DNA from: Profundibacter sp.
Lineage (GTDB): Bacteria > Pseudomonadota > Alphaproteobacteria > Rhodobacterales > Rhodobacteraceae
DNA length: 64,000 bases
Assembly (NCBI RefSeq): GCF_965277155.1
Contig: NZ_CBDIBV010000007.1
Location: 37,305-101,304 of the forward strand
Direction of reading: 5' to 3'
The first letter of the stretch is position 1, and each line of letters starts with the position of its first letter. The position numbers and the translations under genes were made by a program. The notes below the pieces were generated by a model. It was given only the letters and a program-made list of their open reading frames with translations, ran no database searches and was not told the DNA's origin. Positions 27,943-36,836 of the stretch are shown here, in pieces.

Positions 27943-28988
27943 TCACCCGCCCTTGCAATGATGTTTCCAGCGCGGTCAATAATCACGATATCCACATTGG
28001 TATCCGTATCCCGCAATATATCCTGAACAGCCAGCAGCGCCTGTGTGGCTACTTTGTCAGCCATCTTTTTACCAGCTATTTCATAGGCTTCCAGTGCGGA
28101 ATTCACTTTTGCCAGCCGATCATCCCCCGCCATCCCCGCCAGCGCCGCGAAATCCACCTGCGAGCGCCCCGAATGCAGATCAACCGCCCCCTGCGCCAGC
28201 TTGGTGATCTTGCCGATACCCCCGCCAATGGTCAGCCGCGCCACCGGATGCCGCCGGATATATTTCAGCAGGCCGCCCGCGAAATCGCCCATATCCAGCA
28301 TTGCGTGATCGGGCAGATCATAAAGCGCCTGCACCGTGGCTTCGCTGGTCGCGCCGGTGCAGCCCGCCACATGGGGCTGTCCCGTGGCCCGCGCCACATC
28401 CACCCCGCGGTGGATCGAGGCAATCCACGCCGCACAGGAGAACGGTCGCACCACGCCGGTGGTGCCCAAAACCGACAGGCCCCCTTTGATGCCAAGGCGT
28501 GGGTTCCATGTTTTCAGGGCCAGCGCCGCCCCGTTTACAATTGAAACCGTTAGGGTAATATCCGTTCTTTTCCCGTATGTTGTGGCCATTTCCTCAACCA
28601 CGCCAAGCATCATTTCGCGCGGTTTCGGGTTGATCGCAGGCTCGCCCACCGGCACCGGCAATCCGGGCTTGGTGACAATCCCCACACCATCGCCCGCCGC
28701 AAACACCACGCCGCCTGTGCTAGCCGAAACCCGCACCCGCACCTCGGCCCCGTGGGTCACATCGGGATCATCGCCCGCGTCCTTGATGATCCCTGCCTCG
28801 GCCCAGCCCTTGCCTGCGCGCGTATTCACCACCGTGAAATCCGGTGTCTCGCCTTTGGGCAGGGTGATCGACACATGTTCGGGAAATCCCTCGCCCCACA
28901 GCGCCATCAACGCCGCCTTGGTGGCAGCGGTGGCACAGGCGCCAGTGGTCCAGCCACGGCGCAGGGTTTTGGCGGGGTCCTGTTTCAT
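27939..28988 (-). CDS. cbiD: cobalt-precorrin-5B (C1)-methyltransferase
   Basis: 349 aa with LRRGWTTGACATAA and IIKDAGDDPDVTHG blocks typical of CbiD. 4-nt overlap with cobK. Confidence 0.9.
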   Translation of the reverse strand: MKQDPAKTLRRGWTTGACATAATKAALMALWGEGFPEHVSITLPKGETPDFTVVNTRAGKGWAEAGIIKDAGDDPDVTHGAEVRVRVSASTGGVVFAAGDGVGIVTKPGLPVPVGEPAINPKPREMMLGVVEEMATTYGKRTDITLTVSIVNGAALALKTWNPRLGIKGGLSVLGTTGVVRPFSCAAWIASIHRGVDVARATGQPHVAGCTGATSEATVQALYDLPDHAMLDMGDFAGGLLKYIRRHPVARLTIGGGIGKITKLAQGAVDLHSGRSQVDFAALAGMAGDDRLAKVNSALEAYEIAGKKMADKVATQALLAVQDILRDTDTNVDIVIIDRAGNIIARAGE

Positions 28989-29033
28989 GGGGGGACTATA
29001 ATGTCCGAAGTCACAGCGGCAAGGGTGAAGGAA

Positions 29034-29079
29034 TTGTTTTCTTTAAAAGAAAACAGCCGAAATCTTTGAAAGATTTCGG
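29034..29079 (-). terminator. 46-nt AT-rich double-hairpin element, copy B, sitting in the cbiD 5' leader
   Basis: On the minus strand the CCGAAATCT-ttcaa-AGATTTCGG stem is followed by CUGUUUUCUUUU, 45 nt upstream of the cbiD ATG. Confidence 0.6.
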
Positions 29080-29154
29080 GGGCGCAGAGAACCGTAAGGG
29101 GAGCTTTTCATTGCATTTACGCAATCCCTTGAATAAGCTTCCCACAATCTATCA
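29080..29154 (-). promoter_or_regulatory. candidate cobalamin-riboswitch-like aptamer fragment upstream of cbiD
   Basis: The minus strand reads GGGAAGCUUAUUCAAGGGAUUGCGUAAAUGCAAUGAAAAGCUCCCCUUACGGU. This has the order GGGA / G.GUAAAU.C hairpin / GCUCCCC / ACGGU, resembling the B12 core (GGGAA..GGUGAAA.CC..GC.GCCCC.GCAAC.GU). I did not find a clear B12 box. Needs cmsearch. Confidence 0.3.
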
Positions 29155-30380
29155 AAGACCTCTGCATGAGGCCATGGCTTTCGGTTGAAGCAAGATTTCG
29201 GCCGCCCACCTTGCGCCCCTGCGGGTCCGGCGGACAGACGGGTGGCGGGGTTTGGGGCTATGCGATTGCGGGGGTTTGCGGGTTGAGGGTGATCCTGTTT
29301 GCGGCCTTGAGCAGGTTTTGCGCGATGGCGGCCATGACCATCTGGGCATGCACCCTGGCGCGCCCGAAATATCTCGCCCGCTGCAGGCCGAAGAGGCGTT
29401 TCATCGTGCCGAAAGTCTGCTCGATGCGGAAGCGGCGTTTCGAAATCAGCCGGTTGAAGCGTTTCTCCGATTGCCGCAGGGGGCGGCCGCGCGCTGCCTT
29501 GCGCAGGATGCCGTCGCGGTATTTGCCGCGCAGCATCTGGCGGTTGGCCTTGCTCGCATAGGCCTTGTCGGCCAGCACCCGCTGCGCCTTTGCGCCCGCG
29601 ATCATGGTGGCGAATTCGGGGCTTTCGGCGGCATTGGCGGGCGTGGTGTGCACCTTGTCGATAAAGCCCTCTTCGTCGCAGCGGGCAAAGCCCTTGTAGC
29701 CGAGCGTGCTCTTGCGGCCCTTCTTGACCCAGCGGGCATCAGGGTCGGCGCTGAAATGCAGCTGTGCCCCGTCGGGTGAGACCTCGGGCGGATCATCCGG
29801 CGTCCCTTCCCTTGCCCCGTCCTCTGCCCGGTCCTGCGGGGCGTCGATATGGGTGCGCGGGCGCGCCGCCGCCGCGATCAGGGTCGCATCAATGATCGCC
29901 GCCTCAGCCTCTTTCAGCTTCAGCCCATGCGCCTCGATCTGGCGGCAGACCTCGGCCAGCAGCTCATCGTAAACGCCACCCCGGACCAGCGCATTGCGGA
30001 ACCGGCAGTGGGTCGTCTCATCCGGCACCGACGCGTGCAGATCGAGCCCGCAGAACAGCATGAAATCCAGCCGCACCTTCAAGGCCCGCTCCAGCTTCGG
30101 GTCGCTCAGCCCGTGCCACTGGCCAACCAGAAGACACTTGAACAGAACCAGCGGATCATAGCCCTGAGGCCCGATCCCCGAGCGCCCCAGACCGCGCCGC
30201 AGGATCGGCAAAAACGAGTTCCAATCCATCAGCGCGTCGATCTTCGACAGAACGTCATCCGCGCCGATCCGTGCCGCCGCTTCGTGCAGGAAAAGGTCCA
30301 TCTATTCACCCCAGAGATTTCCCGGCTAGCTTACCAAAACGGCCAACCCGGGGGAATCCCGATGTTATGCAGAGGTCTTT
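29155..30380 (-). mobile_element. IS5-family element type B, copy 1 (1226 bp) with 4-bp target duplication ATCA
   Basis: The ends are AAGACCTCTGCAT.. and ..ATGCAGAGGTCTTT. ATCA lies at 29151-29154 and again at 30381-30384. Confidence 0.9.
29258..30301 (-). CDS. IS5-family DDE transposase (347 aa, intact)
   Basis: DDE_Tnp_1-type (..IIDATLIAAA.., GYKGFARCDEEGFI, ADKAYAS). Confidence 0.9.
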   Translation of the reverse strand: MDLFLHEAAARIGADDVLSKIDALMDWNSFLPILRRGLGRSGIGPQGYDPLVLFKCLLVGQWHGLSDPKLERALKVRLDFMLFCGLDLHASVPDETTHCRFRNALVRGGVYDELLAEVCRQIEAHGLKLKEAEAAIIDATLIAAAARPRTHIDAPQDRAEDGAREGTPDDPPEVSPDGAQLHFSADPDARWVKKGRKSTLGYKGFARCDEEGFIDKVHTTPANAAESPEFATMIAGAKAQRVLADKAYASKANRQMLRGKYRDGILRKAARGRPLRQSEKRFNRLISKRRFRIEQTFGTMKRLFGLQRARYFGRARVHAQMVMAAIAQNLLKAANRITLNPQTPAIA

Positions 30381-30401
30381 ATCATTGTGAATGCGTGACG
30401 A

Positions 30402-31133
30402 ATGCCAACACTTCTCAAATACCGCCAACCCCTGCCGACTACCCTATTAACGGCTGGCATTGTCGCCTTTACTGTCTGGGTCTTGGCCAACTACATCACC
30501 GGAACCGATTACCTGTGGTTTCGGGTAACAAGTGTATTTGCGCTTGTACTGCTTACCCCCGCCGTGCTCGAACCCGTTGCCGTTGCCATTACCAATTCTC
30601 CGGAAGATCGCAATTTGCGGCTATTGTATGGGGCCTTGGCAGCATATATATTCTGCCTTTTCCCGATTATCGCCTTCTTTGGCTATATCCAGTATTCCTC
30701 GTCTTTCAGCAAACTGCTGCTGGTTACCGTTGCATTGGGAGTCGGCCTCTACGCAGGTCGCAAAACACCTGACATCCCCACGGACATCGTTGAAATCTAT
30801 AAACCTGTTAAAAGCGAGGACCGGAACGGATTTTTTTGGTTCTACTTTCACTACATCTTTCCGCTTCTCTTGATTTTTGAGGTATATAATTCATTGATTA
30901 CACCAACCTTGACTGATGAATCGGCAACAAGAGGCACCGATTTAGCAACTTTGCCGCTCATGTTGGTGATAATTCTCGTGGGTCTATTTCCACTGGATAC
31001 CACACGTCCCAGGAAAAAGGTTTATCTTAGAGGCAAATATATTACCCGCAACGAGGACATCTCTGTTCTCATTGCCACACTAATCGTATTGGCCAATACG
31101 ATTTCACGGCTCCTGTTAAAGGCCTACTCATGA
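30402..31133 (+). CDS. uncharacterised polytopic membrane protein (paralog 1, ~7 TM)
   Basis: 243 aa, hydrophobic segments throughout, no family I recognise. The 3' half is strongly AT-rich: 18 of 60 G+C in 30841-30900 by hand count. Confidence 0.6.
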   Translation: MPTLLKYRQPLPTTLLTAGIVAFTVWVLANYITGTDYLWFRVTSVFALVLLTPAVLEPVAVAITNSPEDRNLRLLYGALAAYIFCLFPIIAFFGYIQYSSSFSKLLLVTVALGVGLYAGRKTPDIPTDIVEIYKPVKSEDRNGFFWFYFHYIFPLLLIFEVYNSLITPTLTDESATRGTDLATLPLMLVIILVGLFPLDTTRPRKKVYLRGKYITRNEDISVLIATLIVLANTISRLLLKAYS

Positions 31134-31807
31134 TCGACCTGCTCCGCTATCGCCAACCTATCCCCGTCACCCTTGCGCTGACCTTGATGATGGCGGCAAT
31201 GGTCTGGGCCGTCGCCACACTCGTCACCGGAACCGATGCCCTGTGGTTCAGGATGGTGTACAGCGCCGCGCTTATCGCGATTACCCCTTACGCCCTTGAG
31301 CCGCTCTCGGTTGCTTTGGCACTGGACCCCGACAATCACTGGCGCAGGGTGGTCTATGGTGTTTTCAACGTATTTCTGGTGGTTCTGCTGGATGCGGCTG
31401 CGGGGTTTCCCTATGTTCAAACGGCGCCTGCAACCGTCAAGCTGGCGGTGCTGCTGGTTGCCATCGCTTTCGGTGTGATGGCCACAATACGCATCCCGCA
31501 ACCCCCTGACTATATTGTGCAGGATTATGACAGGAACAAGTTGCGCACAGACTGGCTTTCCATATTTTTCGTTCCCCTGTTCATGTTCGTGCTAACCTAT
31601 ATCTTGTTGTCGGCCGACTTTGTTTCCGCCAAGCACCAGTCCAACAGAGGCGACCAGATCATCTTTATAGTGTCTGCAGTCATATTTATTAACGGCGGGC
31701 AGAATTCAGTAAAACGCTTTGCGGGCAAATCCGTCCATAACAAACCGGTTTTGTTGCTGGCCAAAGCCGCCATTATCTGTGCCGTTTTGTTCCTTTTACA
31801 CAGCTAA
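31130..31807 (+). CDS. uncharacterised polytopic membrane protein (paralog 2)
   Basis: 225 aa. The N-terminus parallels paralog 1 (LL(K/R)YRQP(L/I)P.TL, TGTD.LWFR, LEP..VA). 4-nt overlap with paralog 1. Confidence 0.6.
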   Translation: MIDLLRYRQPIPVTLALTLMMAAMVWAVATLVTGTDALWFRMVYSAALIAITPYALEPLSVALALDPDNHWRRVVYGVFNVFLVVLLDAAAGFPYVQTAPATVKLAVLLVAIAFGVMATIRIPQPPDYIVQDYDRNKLRTDWLSIFFVPLFMFVLTYILLSADFVSAKHQSNRGDQIIFIVSAVIFINGGQNSVKRFAGKSVHNKPVLLLAKAAIICAVLFLLHS

Positions 31808-31845
31808 CCCTTCCCGCCCCGCATCTGTTTCGCCATAACAGGACC

Positions 31846-33855
31846 ATGAGCGAATCTGTCCCCCTTCCCGATTTTCCCGCCGGCCATGTATGGCTGTGTG
31901 GTGCCGGTCCCGGTGATGCGGGGCTGTTGACGCTGCATGCAGTGAACGCGCTGAAACAGGCCGATGTGATCGTGCATGACGCATTGATCGGGGCGGATAT
32001 ACTGGCGCTGGGCAATTCGGCGGCTGAACGGGTTTACGTAGGCAAACGCGGCGGGCAGTCGGCCACGCAGGCGCAGATTTCGAAAACTCTGGTGGAACTG
32101 GCACAGGATGGCAAGCGGGTGTTGCGGCTAAAGGGGGGCGATCCCTTTATGTTCGGCCGCGGCGGGGAAGAGGCGCAAGTGCTGGCCACCGCGAACGTCC
32201 CATACCGTGTTATTCCCGGAGTCACGGCCGGAATTGGCGGGCTGGCGATGGCGGGTATTCCCGTCACCCACCGCGATGTCAATCAGGCGGTGATTTTCGC
32301 CACCGGCCATGATCCGGCCACCGACTGGGCCGCGATTACCCGCGCGGCACCGGTGATCGTGATCTATATGGGGCTGAAACGGATTAGCGCGATTGCGGAT
32401 GCGTTGATGACGGCAGGTCGCGGCGCAGATGAACCCGTGGCGATTGTCACGGATGCCAGCCTGCCGACACAAAAGATATTGCAAACCACACTGGGCCGCA
32501 TCACCGATGATCTGGCCATCCACCCCATGTCCCCCCCGCCGTTATTTGCATTGGCGGCACCGTGGATATTTTGGAGAGCACCAATGGGTAATGGCCTGAT
32601 CCTGTCCGCCCCCAATTCGGGCGCTGGCAAAACCACCATCACGCTGGGCATCCTGCGGGCCTTGGCCAAACGCGGGGTCATGGTGCGCGGTGCGAAATCC
32701 GGCCCCGATTACATTGATCCGCGCTTTCACGAGGCCGCATGTGGCATCCCCTGCCCTAATCTGGACGCCTGGGCGATGACGCCCGATCGTATCCGGTCAC
32801 TGGCCGCCGGTGACGGTTTGCTGATGGTAGAGGGCGCAATGGGTCTGTTTGACGGCGCGCCCCCTGTTGGCAAAGGCGCCACCGCCGATCTGGCGCGACT
32901 GCTGGACCTGCCCGTGGTGTTGATCGTGGATGCCGCCAAGACTGCGCAATCGGTCGCCCCGCTGGTGGCCGGATTTGCGGGCCATGACAAAGACGTGCGG
33001 ATCGCGGGCATCATCCTGAACAACGTCGGCTCGCCGCGCCATGAATCCATGCTGGCCCGCGCCCTTGCCCCGCTGGGCATCCCGGTTCTGGGCGAGGTGT
33101 ACCGCCAAAGCGGGCTGGAGCATCCCTCGCGCCATCTGGGGCTGGTGCAGGCTGGCGAGCATCCCGATCTGGCGGCCTATCTGGATCGCGCCGCCGAAGC
33201 TGTGGAAAAGGCTCTGGATCTGGACGCCTTGATGAAACTTGCAGCACCCCTGCCCAAAGCCAGCACGCCAAAGCGCCTGAAACCACCGGCCCAAAGCATC
33301 GCCATCGCGCAGGACCGCGCCTTTGCTTTTGCCTATCCGCATATCCTGCAGGACTGGCGGGAAAACGGGGCGCAATTGCAGTTCTTTTCGCCATTGGCAG
33401 ACGAACCTACACCAAAAGCTGACATGATATTTCTGCCGGGTGGCTATCCCGAATTGCATGCAGCACAACTGGCGGCAGCCACCGCATTTCGAACCTCGAT
33501 GCAACTGGCACAGGTGAACGGCACGCTGATCTATGGCGAATGCGGCGGCTATATGGCCCTTGGCAACGGGTTGACCGATGCCGATGGCACCCGCCATGAA
33601 ATGCTGGGCCTGTTGCCGCTGGAAACCTCGTTTGCCAAACGCAAACTGCACCTTGGCTATCGCAACGTGGCCGCCACCGAAGGGCTGTTCACCGGCCTTT
33701 ATGCCGCGCATGAATTCCATTACGCCAGTACGATCCGCGCCGAGGGCACGCCGCTGTTCATGGCAGAAGACGCCGAAGGCAAAGACCTGGGACCAATGGG
33801 CCTGATCCACAACAATGTCAGCGGATCCTTTATCCATCTGATCGAAAAGCTGTAG
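31846..33855 (+). CDS. cobA/cobB: single ORF joining uroporphyrinogen-III C-methyltransferase (CobA/SUMT) and cobyrinate a,c-diamide synthase (CobB)
   Basis: The N-terminal ~230 aa are SUMT (GAGPGDAGLLTL, LKGGDPFMFGRGGEE). From MGNGLILSAPNSGAGKTT (ATG 32584) onward the sequence is CobB. The junction looks like a frameshift artefact of a C7 tract (32531-32537); see findings. Confidence 0.8.
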   Translation: MSESVPLPDFPAGHVWLCGAGPGDAGLLTLHAVNALKQADVIVHDALIGADILALGNSAAERVYVGKRGGQSATQAQISKTLVELAQDGKRVLRLKGGDPFMFGRGGEEAQVLATANVPYRVIPGVTAGIGGLAMAGIPVTHRDVNQAVIFATGHDPATDWAAITRAAPVIVIYMGLKRISAIADALMTAGRGADEPVAIVTDASLPTQKILQTTLGRITDDLAIHPMSPPPLFALAAPWIFWRAPMGNGLILSAPNSGAGKTTITLGILRALAKRGVMVRGAKSGPDYIDPRFHEAACGIPCPNLDAWAMTPDRIRSLAAGDGLLMVEGAMGLFDGAPPVGKGATADLARLLDLPVVLIVDAAKTAQSVAPLVAGFAGHDKDVRIAGIILNNVGSPRHESMLARALAPLGIPVLGEVYRQSGLEHPSRHLGLVQAGEHPDLAAYLDRAAEAVEKALDLDALMKLAAPLPKASTPKRLKPPAQSIAIAQDRAFAFAYPHILQDWRENGAQLQFFSPLADEPTPKADMIFLPGGYPELHAAQLAAATAFRTSMQLAQVNGTLIYGECGGYMALGNGLTDADGTRHEMLGLLPLETSFAKRKLHLGYRNVAATEGLFTGLYAAHEFHYASTIRAEGTPLFMAEDAEGKDLGPMGLIHNNVSGSFIHLIEKL

Positions 33856-33931
33856 GGCAATTCGCGTTGAACCCTGTAGCGATACAATTTCGGGGCTTTT
33901 CCTGCGCCGCCTTCCCCGCTAGGGATGGGAC

Positions 33932-35146
33932 ATGATTGCTGACGTTTCCATATCAACCGCCAAACGCAATGTGGCCATTCTGGTGATGGCGCAGGCCCTT
34001 TTGGGTGCGCAAATGCCGATCATCTTTATTCTGGGCGGTCTGGCGGGCCTTAGCCTTGCCAGTAATCCGTGTTTTGCCACCCTGCCGATATCGGTGATCA
34101 TTCTGGGGTCGGTCCTTGCCGCAACACCGCTGTCGGCCTTCATGCAGAAATACGGCCGGCGCGCGGGGTTTATGCTGGGCACCGCCTTTGGCGCACTCGG
34201 CGCATCTATCAGCGCCTATGGTCTGTTTATCCAGTCGTTTCCGGTGTTCATCGCCGGATCCCTGTTCACCGGTGTTTATATGTCGGGTCAAGGATTCTAC
34301 CGTTTCGCCGCCGCCGATACCTCGACCGAGGATTTTCGCCCCAAAGCGATTTCCTATGTGCTGGCGGGTGGATTGGCCGCCGCCGTGATCGGGCCGCAAC
34401 TGGTGAAACTGACAGCGGACGCAATGGTGATCCCGTTTCTGGGCAGCTATCTGACGGTGATTGTGATTAACCTTGTCGGGTCAATGATGTTCCTGTTCCT
34501 GAATATCCCCACACCCCCTGCACCGGTCGAGGGCGCACCGGCAGGACGCAGCCGGATGGAACTGCTGAAAACCCCGAAAATCGCAGTGGCCATCATCTGT
34601 GCCATGGTGTCCTACGCGCTGATGAACCTGATCATGACATCCACTCCGCTGGCCGTTGTCGGTTGCGGCTTCCAGCGCAATACCGCCGCCGATATCGTAT
34701 CATCCCACGTTCTGGCCATGTATATCCCGTCGTTTTTCACCGGTCACCTGATCGCCCGCTTTGGCCCCGTCAAGATCATCTCGATCGGGCTGGCCATTCT
34801 GGCATCGGCCGGATTGGTGGCGCTGACGGGGGTGGAACTGGACAAGTTCTTTATCGCGCTGATCCTGCTGGGCGTTGGTTGGAACTTTGGCTATATCGGC
34901 GCCACATCCATGCTGGCGGCGTCATACGAGCCAGAAGAACGCGGCCGGATCCAGGGGCTGAACGATATGCTGGTGTTTGGCGGCGTGACGCTGGCATCAT
35001 TAGCCTCTGGCGGGTTGATGAACTGCTCGGGCGGGAATGCACAGGCGGGATGGCAGGCCGTGAACATGGCAATGATCCCGTTCCTGACGCTGGCCGAGGC
35101 TGCGTTGATCTGGCTGGTGTTGAGGCCTAGCCCAGAAGGCCAATAA
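33932..35146 (+). CDS. MFS transporter
   Basis: 404 aa, ~12 TM, with the typical MFS loop G..MQKYGRR. Confidence 0.85.
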   Translation: MIADVSISTAKRNVAILVMAQALLGAQMPIIFILGGLAGLSLASNPCFATLPISVIILGSVLAATPLSAFMQKYGRRAGFMLGTAFGALGASISAYGLFIQSFPVFIAGSLFTGVYMSGQGFYRFAAADTSTEDFRPKAISYVLAGGLAAAVIGPQLVKLTADAMVIPFLGSYLTVIVINLVGSMMFLFLNIPTPPAPVEGAPAGRSRMELLKTPKIAVAIICAMVSYALMNLIMTSTPLAVVGCGFQRNTAADIVSSHVLAMYIPSFFTGHLIARFGPVKIISIGLAILASAGLVALTGVELDKFFIALILLGVGWNFGYIGATSMLAASYEPEERGRIQGLNDMLVFGGVTLASLASGGLMNCSGGNAQAGWQAVNMAMIPFLTLAEAALIWLVLRPSPEGQ

Positions 35147-35460
35147 CCAGCAGCGACAGCTTGCGCCGGAAAGCCGAGGTCTGCAAACGGCCCTGCAACA
35201 CCCTTTCGGGCTGTTTCACCACCCGCTTCAATACCCGCGCGCTATCCCAGCCGGACCGCAAGGCAGGCCCGGCGCAAACGGGTTTTGCCTTGGCCACCTG
35301 TGCCAGCCTGTCCAATCCGTCCTGAGCAAGCGCGGCCAGTGCTTCGGGGCTTTCATCGGGCAAAGGGTGGCGTCCGCGCGGCTTAAGTTCCGGCACCGCG
35401 ATCAGGAAATTCGCCAACCCCACAGCCGTTCCGTAATTGCGGATCGCATCATAATGACGA
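35127..35460 (-). pseudogene. 3' fragment of a squalene/phytoene synthase-family gene, cut by the IS256-type element
   Basis: The frame reads ..RHYDAIRNYGTAVGLANFLIAVPELKPRGRHPLPD.. and is open up to the IS end. The family call is from memory of the G.A.GLA..L.AVP...RGR..LP pattern. Confidence 0.45.
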
Positions 35461-36836
35461 GAGCTATGCCCAAAAGTTGGTGACGCAGTAATCAGGCGGC
35501 ATGTTTTTCCTGCTTGATCCCGTCCTTAAATTCAACCCCTTCGATGATTTCCGGCAATCGGAATGCGCCGTCGAGTTTACGCCATTTCTTCTTTGCCGAC
35601 ATCATCAGGCGGAAGGTCATTGCCAAGGCGGTCTTGCGCCCGAGGCAGCCTTTGGTCTTCTTCGTTCGGTGCCGCACGGTGGCAAATATGCTTTCGATGG
35701 GGTTGGATGTGCGGATGTGTTTCCAGTGCTCGGCAGGGAAGTCGTAGAAGGTCAGCAGCACGTCCCGGTCCTTGGTCAGCTTCCCCACGGCACGCTCGTA
35801 TTTCACGCCATAGGCTTCGATGAAGAAATTGAACGCGGCCTCGGCGTCCCGTTTGTTCTCGGCCATCCAGATGTCCTGTAGATGGCCCTTGGCTTTGGCT
35901 TGCAGCGACTTCGGCATGGCATTCAGGACGTTGCCGGTTTTATGCACCCAGCAGCGCTGCTCCCGGGTCTCACCGAACACCTCCCGCAAGGCGTTCCAGA
36001 AGCCGAGCGCGCCATCACCAACGGCCAGATCAGGGGCTTTTCTGAGGCCACGACGTTGCAAGTCCAGCAGCAGTTCACGCCAGCTCTGGCTGCTTTCTCG
36101 ATACCCGTCCACGAGGCCCAGAACATCCTTGTTACCCCACTCGTCCGCGCCGATGATCACCAGCATGCATTGCTTGTCAGCATCCGTGCGCGGCTTGAAA
36201 TAAACCCCGTCGGCCCAGAAATACACATAGCGTTTGGCCGACAGGTCACGCCGGTTCCAACGCTCGTATTCTGCCCACCACTCCGCCTTCAGGCGCGAAA
36301 TCGTGCTCGATGTCAAACCACCCGCATCAGGCCCCAGAAGGGCCGCCAGTGCTTCGCCGAAATCACCCGTGGAAATACCTTTGAGATAGAGCCAGGGCAA
36401 CAACTCCTCGACCGACTTTGCCCGGCGCAGATACGGCGGCAGAAGCGTCGAGGTGAACCTGATCTTCTCCGCCCCCGTGCCACGATCACGCACCCGAGGC
36501 ACATTCACCGGGACAGGGCCGATCCCCGTCATCACCTCGCGCTCCGGCAGGTATCCGTGGCGAACAAGGCGCTGGCGACCGGCCGAATCCCTCAAATGCG
36601 CGTGTTGCGCCATCAGATCACAAACCTCGGCCTCGACCGCCTGTGCCAACAGATCCCGCGCGCCTTTGCGCAAGATATCCGTCAGCGGATCAGGTGAAAT
36701 TCCGGCTGGATCGGTAAACTCCAAAATAGTATCGTCTTCCATGTGGCATATCCTTTTCTCTCTGAGAATCGCGGCGCGTCAACACCGCCATGATATGCCA
36801 CCCAATCACCCCATCACCAACTTTCGGGCATTACTC
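35461..36836 (-). mobile_element. IS256-family element (~1376 bp), no target duplication
   Basis: The IRs are GAGCTATGCCCAAAAGTTGGTGA and, at the right end in reverse complement, GAGTAATGCCCGAAAGTTGGTGA. The flanks are unrelated gene fragments. Confidence 0.85.
35492..36742 (-). CDS. IS256-family (mutator-type) transposase, 416 aa
   Basis: Typical blocks: YLPEREV.TG.G, WADGVY, QRCWVHKTGNVL, SNPIES.F. Confidence 0.9.
   Translation of the reverse strand: MEDDTILEFTDPAGISPDPLTDILRKGARDLLAQAVEAEVCDLMAQHAHLRDSAGRQRLVRHGYLPEREVMTGIGPVPVNVPRVRDRGTGAEKIRFTSTLLPPYLRRAKSVEELLPWLYLKGISTGDFGEALAALLGPDAGGLTSSTISRLKAEWWAEYERWNRRDLSAKRYVYFWADGVYFKPRTDADKQCMLVIIGADEWGNKDVLGLVDGYRESSQSWRELLLDLQRRGLRKAPDLAVGDGALGFWNALREVFGETREQRCWVHKTGNVLNAMPKSLQAKAKGHLQDIWMAENKRDAEAAFNFFIEAYGVKYERAVGKLTKDRDVLLTFYDFPAEHWKHIRTSNPIESIFATVRHRTKKTKGCLGRKTALAMTFRLMMSAKKKWRKLDGAFRLPEIIEGVEFKDGIKQEKHAA

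Noticed and set aside
31846-33855. A natural bifunctional CobA-CobB fusion protein.
   Set aside because: The junction peptide matches neither enzyme. A canonical CobA C-terminus, and a stop overlapping the CobB ATG, appear in the adjacent frame if the C7 tract is C8. I treat this as a frameshift (real or artefactual) until reads say otherwise.
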